Shown here one piece after another: positions 26,540 through 37,221 of a DNA stretch of 64,000 nt. The notes under the pieces were generated by a model that saw nothing but the letters and a program-made list of their open reading frames with translations, ran no database searches and had not been told where the DNA came from. Origin of the DNA: Callorhinchus milii (taxonomy: Eukaryota). The DNA lies in the NCBI RefSeq assembly GCF_018977255.1, contig NW_024704743.1:107386001-107450000 (forward strand). The letters are read 5' to 3'. Numbering within the stretch: the stretch's first letter is position 1; the number at the start of each line of letters is the position of its first letter. A program made the translations under genes and the position numbers.

Positions 26540-26810
26540 CAACAACTTGCACGTGTAGTACCCTTCACATATGATAATTGATAATGTTTCAAAGCACTTT
26601 ACAAAGACAAATGTGGATCAGCGAACAGGGACAGAAGGAGGGGGGTGTGTGGGGAGAGAGTGGGGGGGGGGGGGGGGGGAGCTAAGAATGTTGACCAAAA
26701 TCATAGTTAAAGCTTTAAGTGTTTTTTTTAAGCGTTTTGAAGGAAGAAAGTGCAAAGCAATAGGATTTTGTGAAAGAATCCAAGGCACTGCACAGTGACA
26801 GAAAGCTCAG
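26540..26810 (-). mobile_element. Decayed L2 3' end containing a G18 run (26662-26679)
   Basis: Tail 'acaacaacttgcac', G-rich antisense 3' UTR. Confidence 0.55.
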
Positions 26811-27819
26811 AGGGAGTCTTTAATTGGTTTTAATGAGTCGTTTTGCATTTTATTTCACAAACATTTTCTAAGATGACTTCTGGAGGGTTAGGAATTTTGG
26901 GAACCCAGTTCTTGAAAGAACTTTCAGTAACCCAGCTTCAAAATTGGGCTGCATTTAAGAATTATCCAAATTCTGCTCGGTCTGAAATGCTTAGAAAATA
27001 AGAGTGAATCTTGACACAGGTGGAACTTCTCCCCTCTACATTTTAATAAACATTAGTGAAGAGTGGAATTTCAGGCTTTATTAAGCTTGCTTTTGGTTAT
27101 TTATCAAGCCCCTCTCAGCTGTTGTGCAAATCTCAGATTCGCTCTTATCCATTCTTTAAGATGTATGATTGGGCTCTGAAGGAGTTGAATATTGATTTTG
27201 TGTTTAATGAGCTCTGGGCACTATCCCCCCTAGATTCTCCTGATCTATAAAATAAATAGTATGATAATAAATAATAAATAATCTCCAACTCCTAGTACAA
27301 GCATATTGGCTTCCATGAGCATATTGAAGGAGCTGGTAACCAAAGTCCACATTCCTGTTCATGGACCAAAGCATCTTCTTGGTTGAAAGTTGACCACTGC
27401 AGAGGTTTCCTAATACACAAAACAATGAATTCATCCATTAAACCTGGAGTTAGTGGTAAAAAGCAATAATGCATATTAATTAATACTGGAGAATTATCAA
27501 GCTCCTAACCCTATACGTTAACACAATGTTTCCAGTTAATCTTAAGCAAATGCAGTTGCAATGCTGCACGTCCCTCAGCAGACTCAACTCTCACCACTCT
27601 GCTGTAATTCCAGTCTCCTGTTGTCTCACTCTGTTTGGTTTAGCCTTCCTTATGTACCTGCGAAAACAGGGCCTCACAACTCACCTTGTTCAAACCAGCC
27701 AATCTGCTCCTCCTCTACCTTCACCAGGTGCACGAAGAAAACAAAGGGAGTCTAACTGCCATTCAAGACTTACTTCAAGACGTCAATTTAGTCTTACTAT
27801 CTACAAGTAAGACTAAATT

Positions 27820-28192
27820 GAGTCCTGTAGCTCAGTGGTTAGAACATTCGCCTTGCAAGTGAGGGACCTGGGTTCTATATAAAATGAGAACAAAATGTTG
27901 GGCAAGTTTCCTTACTCCACACACCTCTGTTTACCCAGCAGTAAGTAGTAAGCTGGTTGTTAGTCAATTTGCGGATTGCTTTTCTGGGGATGATAATCAC
28001 TCAAAAAAAACAATAATAATTTGGTTACTCAATCCCCGACTGTTTATGGGACACTGCTGTGCGCAATTGGCTGCCGCGTTTTGCCCAAAAATATATACAG
28101 TCAATTCACTTTACAGTATATCTCGTGAAGCGCTTTGAGTCATCTAGAAGACGTGAAAAGCGCTGTATCAAATGCAAGGATTATTATTATTA
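27820..28192 (+). mobile_element. Long-type tRNA SINE, near full length
   Basis: 'gagtcctgtagctcagtggttagaac', central segment, Deu core, 'caaatgcaaggattattattatt'. Confidence 0.9.
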
Positions 28193-28201
28193 CAAATCTA
28201 T

Positions 28202-28270
28202 TTTTTTTGGTTAGCTTGTTGTCTGACACATATGGAAACCCATCACCATGCTTAAGAATGCTTGGATTCT
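28202..28270 (-). repeat. 3' end of the unassigned repeat family
   Basis: 'ttttttttggttagcttgttgtctgacacatatggaaacccatcaccatgcttaag'. Confidence 0.65.
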
Positions 28271-28574
28271 TCTGGGATACGATTGCATATAAGTGGGCAT
28301 TCTTCATGTTAGCCAAACAGTGAAGGCTGAAAGGATACTTATGATGTGTATGGGCAGGAGAGAAACATTCCTAGTCCTGTACCAGAAAATACATCTATAA
28401 AAGCACTTCTGAATGTTGGTGTTAACCTTGTTGTCTCCCTGAATTCTCTCTGACGGTGAAATTGTTATATGGAAGGATATTGCGGGGAGTTGGCTAATGA
28501 GAAGATTAATAGGCAAAAGATTGTTGTTATGCTCAGTGGCACTAAGCACCGAACAGTGGATGTTTCTATTTATT

Positions 28575-28797
28575 GGTAAGGGAAGTTTCTCCCTTTGTCA
28601 TGGAGGACAAACCCCCAAATAAAATTGGTCAGTTGCTCCGTCGTTTTTTGTGGAATATTGCTGTGTGCAAATTGGCTGCTGGGTCCCCAACAAAATACAC
28701 ACAGCAACACTACTTTACAGTAAATTCTGTGAAGCAATTTGAAGCGTCTCGTCGATGAGATGAGGTGCCACCATATCAAATGCAACGATTATTATAA
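28575..28797 (+). mobile_element. Old Deu-SINE 3' half
   Basis: 'tgtggaatattgctgtgtgcaaattggctgc...ctgtgaagc...atatcaaatgcaacgattatt'. Confidence 0.75.
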
Positions 28798-30519
28798 TTG
28801 GAAAGAAAAAAAGCATTACTTCCAATTATTCAATTGCAAGCAAATAAAAGCACCATTTCCACACTGCAGCCTATTCCAATGTTGTCTTGTGTTACAACTT
28901 GTCAGTGTTTTGTTAGATTACTTTGAACAATTAAGGAATAATTTAGCCCTTGCATCATAACTACAGCATTTGCTAAAAAGGTCAAAAGTAAAATTAAATT
29001 AAAGCCTGCTAGATGGGCAAAACACAACTGATTTGCTGGAGAAGCTCATTATGCACAGCACAAAATGGTGACTTCAGCACAGTAAATTAATACAACACAC
29101 ATTACTGTATCATTTGCAAATGACTTTTGCCCCACTATACTGCAATACAAATATATTTTGGGACAAAAGTGCAACCTTCATTGACGCAGAACATAACATG
29201 CCAAAGTGCATTGAAAATCACTAAACAGGAGCTGCAGACTCATTGGGAATATGCATCACGTTAGAAGGGTTTTTAGATGGGATAATATTACCCACTCAAG
29301 CATGAAATTTAAAATATTCCTGTGGTTATTTTCTCTTTAGTCCTTTCGTATGGAAATGTTTCCAACTTTAAGTTCATTTCAACTAAATAAAGAATTTATA
29401 AACAGAGGTGGAGGGGGAGGAAATGCAAAGCTCTAGATTTTGAGCTTCCTCTGTTTGTTCCTTTTGTAAATATGATGTTTTGCTGTGTTTACAAATCCTA
29501 AATAAATAGAAACTAGGGCTGCTTCCTTTATAGTTCGCTTGCTTCAGTTGTTTGCCTTGAGGGAGTTAACATTCTGCTAATGGCGGCCGCAAAGTGCTGC
29601 CTCATTTTCATTCTGGCAAAAAGACTATCTCCACGGTAACAGTTTCATTTGCTGCATAGCAAATGATAGCTGGCAGCAATTTCTACGTAAGTATTTCTTC
29701 TCGACCGGGCATATTTTGACATAGTGAAAGATAAATACGTGAATAGAACAGCAGCAGCATGCTGTAATTGTAATAGACTGTCTACCAATAAATTAAATGT
29801 GAAATGCCATTGATATTACTGAAGGCTAGTCGAAAAATATAAAACACATGTAACACAAAGCAGCACCTCAATTTCATTGTAAAAATCTAAATGTTTCTTC
29901 TGTCTTTTCCAGATCCTGAACTACATCCCTCAATCCCAACAAAATGGTTATTCGTTTGCATGAAATCACTTTAGTCGTCTTGGTAAACATAATGAAAGAA
30001 GTATTATTTAACTGTAATGTCCTACTGCAGGCAGCACAATGCCATTTACATTTACAGTGATTCAATGTGTTTTGTGGTGTATATTAATGGTGGCACAGTA
30101 GGAGGACAATTACATGTGAATGACATTGTCTTATTATTTGTTTCACCGCAGGCATCGTCATTGTCTCTATACCAACCAGCTTCTCTATTACAAGTTACTG
30201 AGTTACATATTCCTTTGTTTCCATTAAGAGTATGCTCCTACTCCAATTGCCACTGATGTTATTCTATTGCCATTTGGCTTATGTGGAATAGTATTATTCT
30301 CCAGCCCTAAACTATCCCCATGCCCCCTGTTCTCTGGAGTGTAGTCTACTGCTCATTCCCCTCACCTTCCATCCCACCATTGGTGTCAAGCATTTAGCCA
30401 CTCTGCCTCTGCTTTCTAGAACTCCCTTCCAAAAAACTATTGCTTTGTGCACTCTCTCTCTCTCTGTGCCTTTAAACCCCACTTAAAAACATATCTCTTC
30501 ACCATTACTCTTCCCAGGC

Positions 30520-30920
30520 CCTACAGATAGTGCAGAGAAGAGCAAAGTGGATGATCCCCAATGTTAGCACAATGTGAGCTGTGAGCAATGATTAGACAAG
30601 CTAGGGCTCCTCAGTCTTGAGAGAAGAAATCTCAGAGGGGATTTTATAGAGGTGTATAAAATTGTAAATGGTATTGAAAAAGTAAACCCAGAAGAATACT
30701 CATTACTCACCAAGACAGTAGAACAAAAGGTCATAGGTTTAGAGTTCCAAAGGGCAATTTCGGGAAACATAAAAGTTTTTCTTTACCTAGTGGGTAATTA
30801 AGAATTGGAACAGATTACAAGGAAGAATGCTTAAAAAACAGCTTGATGCTGTGATGAAAGGACGGTAGGATGGGCATTCTGGACGGATGAGATCAAATCG
30901 GCCAAATGGCCTCTTTACCC
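30520..30920 (+). mobile_element. CR1 LINE 3' fragment
   Basis: LDKLGLLSLERRNLRGDFIEVYKIVNG readable on the plus strand; CR1 3' end. Confidence 0.8.
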
Positions 30921-31195
30921 AGCAAGAGATTTTGTGACATGAAAGTACGGCTGGTGGCTGTTCAGAGCACATAAAGATCTAGATCATTTGTCCATTTTCT
31001 CTGTGGGTAGTTACAGGGCTCCACTCATCACTTCTATATGATGATGCAAATGAGTGTGCGAAACTGCTATATGCAGAGCCATAAGCATGAACCATATTGG
31101 AACAGACCCGCCAGCTTGGCTCAAATCTGTAGAATTAGCAAGAAAAACTACCATTGGGAGCAGGGATTTTTTCCTCTTAGTTCTTGTTAATAATA

Positions 31196-31679
31196 ACAAT
31201 AATAATAATGATCCTTGTGTTTGGTATAGCGCTTTATCACGTCTTTGAGACGTTTCAAAGCACTTCACAGAATATACTGTAAAGTGAATTGACTGTATAT
31301 TTTGTGAGCGAAACATAATAATAATAATAGTAATCCTTGCATTTGATATAGCGCTCTTCACGTCGGGAGGACGTCCCAAAGCGCTTCACAGAACACACTG
31401 TAAAGTGAATTGACTGTATATTTGTGGGTGAACGCGGCAGCCAATTGCGCACGGCAATGTCCCACAAACAGTCATAGATTGAGGGACCATTTTTTTTTAA
31501 AAGGAATTATTACTCCTGGAAAAGCAATCCACCAATCGACTAATAACTGGGTTCCTACTTACTGCTAGGTAAACAAGGCGTGTGGAGTGAGGAAACTTGC
31601 CCAACGTTTTGCCCTGCTGGGAATCAAACCCAGGTCTCTCACTTGCGAGACAAGTGTTTTAACCACTGAGCTATAGGAC
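31196..31679 (-). mobile_element. Chimeric SINE: long-type element with a young-type 3' half inserted (31316-31481)
   Basis: Two tandem 3' tails; the inner one has young diagnostics (acgtcgggaggacgt, gaacacactg) and the 5' part has the long-type central segment. Confidence 0.85.
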
Positions 31680-32512
31680 TTGTTAACTGTGTGTTGATAT
31701 TGTGGTGCTGGGGAGTTCTCTCTCTCTTTCTATGAAGTGCTTTGAGATGCCTTGAAGACATGATAAGGTGCTTTAACAGATTGCTTTAACTGGACAAGAG
31801 ATAGGAGGCCTGCCAGATGATGTCCTCAATGGAAAGCTTGAATTTTCCAGCAGTACACTCTGGGGTCCCAAGCCTCTGCTCTCACCGACCTGCAGAAACA
31901 GGCAAGCAGAATGAGAATGACAGCTGGCAGGTTACATTAAAATGGACATCAGCTCATTACGTTGTCAGTGGTATGGGTGTTCAATGTGGGTGTTGTCAAC
32001 AATGTGCGGTGAACCTCTCTTTAGTCCTAACTATTGCTTTCCCTGGTGGATGGTGCACAGCCAAGTGTAGGTAAACAAGGGATACAGAATGAAAATGAGA
32101 ATGAATCACAGAAATGAAAGGCAACGTGATCATATGTTCCTTTGGATAATTAACATGAACATTTATTTTGTTAATTAAGGAAAAAGTTGGATAATGAATG
32201 GTGTAAATATTAGTAGCTGTGCTCCATAAATACTATATTACAATTATGAAATTATAATTACTGTTTCAGTCCAGATACATTTTGTTTTGATCATGAATGA
32301 AGCAGTAGATTATTCATCTGTCAGCTCTATTGAAATGGGTTGCATTTTGTTATGCGTTTTACACACTTATATCAAAAGCTTCCTCCATCCATTCATTCTA
32401 CTGTTATACTCTCTACTTTTGACACATCAGTTACTTGGTTCTAATATTCAACAAATATTTTTTGGTCAGCCACATCCGTAAACCCAGCACTGTGTTTAAG
32501 AGTATCCAAATA

Positions 32513-32745
32513 AAAACAACTTGCATTTATATAGTGCCCCTCATGCAGGGTAGCGTCCAAGAGAGCTTGACAGTGGTGGAGCACTAGGCGGAGTCAGTGG
32601 GAGGTGACGGTAAGCACGGTCAAAGAGGAAGGTCTTCAGATGCGACTTAAAGATGGGGAAGGATGGGGTAAAGTGGAGGGATAGAGGAAGAATGTTCCAG
32701 ACTTTGGGGGCATAGTGGCTGAAAGCGCAGTGGCAATGGGTAGTG
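32513..32745 (-). mobile_element. L2 LINE 3' fragment (older subfamily)
   Basis: AFSHYAPKVWNILP...FKSHLKTFLFDRAY; tail 'gacgctaccctgcatgaggggcactatataaatgcaagttg'. Confidence 0.85.
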
Positions 32746-32759
32746 GACAAACAAGAGTG

Positions 32760-32915
32760 ATAGTTTCACATATGTATGCCACTTTCACATGGAAATTTCT
32801 GTGCATCAGGAAAGGAATACATATTCTTTGACTAGAGTGATACACCTTTCTTACCTTATGCCAGAGAATATTAGGTACAGGTCCCAGAGTGTGCGTTGGT
32901 GTACTAGTTTAACCA
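32760..32915 (-). repeat. Diverged 5' part of the unassigned repeat family
   Basis: 'cacatggaaatttc...ggaaaggaat...ccttatgccagagaatattaggtacagg...ccagagtgt' matches 10246-10390. Confidence 0.55.
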
Positions 32916-34189
32916 GCAAAGATTTATAACAGGAGTTTCTAATTGAACTCCAAGTCGCAAATAAAAACTTTTGTTATTAACTGGATGTTGACCCATCCAC
33001 ATACAATCAATGTTCCAGTTGAATCCATTTAAAGTTGTTTGACACATGTCCCATTACCAGCACAATAACTGATATGAATCCTGTTCCTTATGGTAAATTT
33101 TCCTCACGATAATTTCATGCCACAATGCCAGTAAATTTAGTAATTGTCAGAGAATAACACCTTGGCTCTTTAACCTACTTTGTGCTCATTTATTCATCAC
33201 AACATGATGTTCACTATGGGACTGAAATGTTGGCTCCAGCGGAGGAACTAACAATGGGAAGAGTTTGATAGGCTCCTTGGGTACTATAATTTGTTGTAAT
33301 TTGATAATGCTGGGCTCTTTGGAGGGTAAAGTACAAAATCATTAGTAAATTCACTAACTTCGGGCATGTGATAAGAAAATCCAATTACTACAAGCCCATA
33401 TCAAGGAAGGAAAATGTACTCACTAACATCCCCCATACATCCAGTGTAGTCTGTCATGGTGATACATCACTCAATATCTCTTTAGATAATCCACAATTCT
33501 GCTTTAAAAATGTCAAATCAAAATTTGTAAAAATGAATTCCCTCTACTCCTCTACCACTGAGCTTTATGAAGCAGAATGAGGAATGTATCAAACTGAAGC
33601 GGGTATTCAGACCTGAAACCAGTTGATAATTGTCTACTGAAATTCTGCTGAATTATCATATCGCACGTATCTATTGTTAACCATTGAATTCTTCACCCTT
33701 GAGACAATTACACCATGAAGGACAGAAGTCCATCAAAGAGATTACATTTGTTAGTAATCTTTGGCATAGAGATTCTTTCAAGGTTGATGCTTTACAGGAT
33801 AGACATGTGAAATATTATTAACTGTATACTAATGATAATTTTTCATAGCTATGAACATGAAGTGAGTTTGATGAGACAGTCCATTTATCCCTCTTCATCC
33901 ACTTCATACCTTTAGGATAGCAATTCCTGCTCATTCCGTACCTCCAAGATTCTCTGGTCTCTGTGCCTCTGAGACCTTCATCTAAGCATCTGAAATTTTC
34001 CTCTTCTATCACTGACCTCTGATTTATCTCCCATTCAGTACCTTGACAATTATTCTCATTCTCTTTACCATCTAATTTCCTTATCATTGTGCTGTTCTTG
34101 CCATTGTACAAAGATATACAACTGAGCACTGCAAAGACTGAATTTCTCAATATCATGTGATATTTCCCCAAGGTGTCAGCCTGACTCAC

Positions 34190-34445
34190 TTTTTGGTCAG
34201 CCGGGGGTCTGACGTGTGAGGAAACCCATCACCATGCTTAAGAGCATTCAAATCAGACAGAGTTCCGTATACGCATACAAACTACCCATGGAGATTTTTC
34301 TCTGTGTGTGGAATGGAATGTGTACTTCTTCCCTGGAGAGATGCATCTTGCTTACATAATGCCAGACAGCATTTGGCAAAGGTTTGTAAGCTTCAAGGCT
34401 TGGAGTTTCCAGAGTGTAAAATGGGGTACTACTGGAGTTTAACCA
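34190..34445 (-). repeat. Longest copy of the unassigned ~250 bp repeat family
   Basis: Overlaps all other copies; begins with oligo-T and 'gtcagccgggggtctgac'. Confidence 0.75.
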
Positions 34446-34837
34446 TCTTCAAATTTGATACACAATGGAAATGGACTTGTTATATCAAATGGCTTTCTGT
34501 TGTTCCTATTTTCCATGTTCCTACATGTTCCTTAAGCCTAAAATTCCATCCAGTCTTAGCAAAATTCTCAATTATTCAGTCTTAGTTTAGAAGCATTTTA
34601 TTTTTATTTTAAAAAGTGGAGAAAAACAGTTTCTATGCGAAGAATGAATATTTGGAAGCATTCCACATTTTTGCCAGGCTTTAATTTCCAAAGAAAAGGT
34701 CTTCGCAGGCTAAGACAAGTGGAATTTTCAAAGGCTCTTTTTTTCTCATGTGCACAAGAGATACAACAGTGACACTGGTGGTCAGTGAGGGAAAGACAGA
34801 TGGACTGAATGGTCAGCACATGGTAGACACAATGGTA

Positions 34838-35965
34838 ACAACAAAATTACATTTGTATAGCGCCTTTCATATCGGGAGGATGTCCCAAGGCGCTGGACAA
34901 TCAGTGTTTTGGACCCGAGCCCGGGGAAGGAGGGTGATCAAAAGCACGGTCGAAGAGGAGGGTCTTGAGATGGGTCTCGAAGGAGGCAAGGGAGGGGGCA
35001 AGGTGGAGGAACTGCGGGATGGAGTTCCAGAGCGTGGGGGCAGAGTGGCTGAAGGCTGAAGGTCTGACCATGAAGCAGGCCGGAACCCGCTGGGCGGAGG
35101 GAGCAGGAAGGTTGGTGGGGGTTAGGAGGTCGGAGAGGTAGGGGGGAGCAAGACGCTAGAGGGCTTTGAAAGTGAGGAACCAGTATTTTGAACTGTATCC
35201 TCTGTGTGATGGGAAGCCAGTGGAGTTGGCGAGGATGGGGGTAATAGGTTCACGGAGTCTAGTGCGGGAAAGGACACGGGCTGCAGAGTTCTGGATAATC
35301 TGCAGCCTGTGGAGGGAGGAGTTGGGGAGGCCAACAAGCAGGGAGTTTGCATAATCAAACCTGGATGTTATAAATGGGTGCATGTATGAGGGTCTCGACG
35401 GCTTGCGGTGTGAGACAGTGGTGGAGCCGGGCGATGTTGCGGAGGTGCGGCATGGCAGAGCGGGTCATGGCACGGATGTGGCGTAGAAAGGATAGTTGAG
35501 GGTCAACCAAGACGCCAAGGTTTCCGACTGGCTTAGCAAGGTGAAGTGTGCAACCATGGATGGTGATGCTGTCAGGCCTGAGGTGAGGAGACGCTGACAG
35601 GAGTCAATCAGGAGGGCCTCGGTCTTGTTGATGTTCAATTGTAGGAAGTTAGCTCTCATCCAGAACTTGACATCTGACAAACATTCTGTCAGGACAGCAG
35701 TGGTCCTGGAGTCGAGAGTGGAGGCAGAGAGATAGAATAGGGTGTCATCCGTGTACATGTGGAAGTTGACCCCACGTCTGCGGATGATGTCACCAAGAGG
35801 GAGCATATAGATATTTAAGAGGAGGGGACAGAGGACAGAACCCTAAGGAATGCTGCAAGAGATGGTGTGGGGGCTAGAGGAGAAACTGTTTGTGGAGATT
35901 AAGTGGAAATGGTTTACGAGGTAGGATCTGAAGCATTCAAGAACAGTATCATGAAGGTTGACAGG
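34838..35965 (-). mobile_element. 5'-truncated L2 LINE (RT through 3' end), multiple frameshifts
   Basis: [45 protein letters not shown]2 3' stem-loop. Confidence 0.93.
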
Positions 35966-36891
35966 ATACAATGACAAATGAAAGAAAAACTGAGGAGCTC
36001 CAATGAGAAATAAGTGTAAAGAAAAGCAAGTGAGAATTAAGACACAAATGTTCTTCTTAAAAACACACACTTGAATATTTGATGGACCTCACAAGACATT
36101 GCCATTTAGCGTTACAGATAATATATCATTATATCAAAATAAGTTGCCATGAATTCATGTAAACTCTCCAAACATATCTAAAGGATGACATCCATATAAT
36201 GTTAAAAGTCTTCACTATGGTGAAGGTGGAGTAAGTTCAAGAATTCTGACGTGCATTGATCTCAGATAAATCCAACTGACGTTTCCCCTCCAGCAAAATA
36301 TGAATTGAAGCAGCAGATCAGTATTGCTAAAGTATGTTGATGTACTGGTGTGTTACTTATCTCCTGCCCCCAGAACTGTTCCATATCACTGTTTCTATTT
36401 TACTATTACTTGACAGGGGATAGATATTCTGTTGTATGATGAGGTCAGGCAAAGAACCCGATAAATATAAAAATGAATCTAACAATTACGGATAACCATT
36501 CTCCAATCAACAATTTATGCATAATCTACATGCTATGAGTTTGTTATTGAATAATTGTTTGAAAACCTGGGTTTGTACATCTAGCTTGAAGCAAGCCTCC
36601 ACACTGTTTTTTAGTGAAGGTACAACTGGGGAGAAATTCCACTTGAATCTATCTTTACTCTATGTAGAATTTCAAAATATCCAGAAATACAATCTTAAAT
36701 TTAAAGATGCTTTTCTGTAAGTTATTTTACGAATTATAGAAAACAGACTTCAAAGTTAGAACTGAACGTAATAATTTGCCAAATTCTGGATGATCTGAAA
36801 TGCTGCATAATAGAGTAAATGTAGACCCAGATGGAATTTCTACCCAAGTATTTACTGCTATGAATTTCTACCCAAGTATTTACTGCTATTC

Positions 36892-37221
36892 GTGGAGTCC
36901 TGTAGCTCAGTGGTTAGAGCACTCGCTTTGCAAGTGAGAGACCTGAGTTCAATTCCAGGCAGAGGGCGAAACCTTGGGCAAGTTTCCTTACTCCACACGC
37001 CTAATAATAATCCCTCCAAAACCAAAAACAATAATAAATTGGTCATTTTCAATCTACGACTGTTTGTGGGACATTGCTGTGCGCAATTGGCTGCCGCGTT
37101 CGCCCACAAATATACAGTCAATTCACTTTACAGTGTGTTCTGTGAAGCGCTTTGGGACGTCCTCCCGACGTGAAAAGCGCTATATCAAATGCAAGGATTA
37201 TTATTATTATTATTATTATTA
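36892..37221 (+). mobile_element. Young short-type tRNA(Ala-like) Deu-SINE, full length (resembles Callorhinchus SINE2-1_CM as I recall it)
   Basis: Pol III A box TAGCTCAGTGG, anticodon arm ctcgc-ttTGCaa-gtgag, B box GAGTTCAATTCC, Deu core, L2-type stem-loop, (TTA)n; nearly identical to 43349 and 49013. Confidence 0.95.

Noticed and set aside
26641..26679. G-quadruplex regulatory element
   Set aside because: Explained by the antisense C-rich 3' UTR of an L2 remnant; homopolymer length may also be unreliable
33818..34189. 123-aa minus-strand ORF
   Set aside because: Purine-biased, no recognisable domain, no convincing start or splice context; probably decayed TE sequence
36892..36970. tRNA-Ala(TGC) gene (also at 43349, 49013, 57327, 61073)
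   Set aside because: The acceptor stem does not close, there is no terminator, and each continues into a SINE body and tail; these are SINE heads
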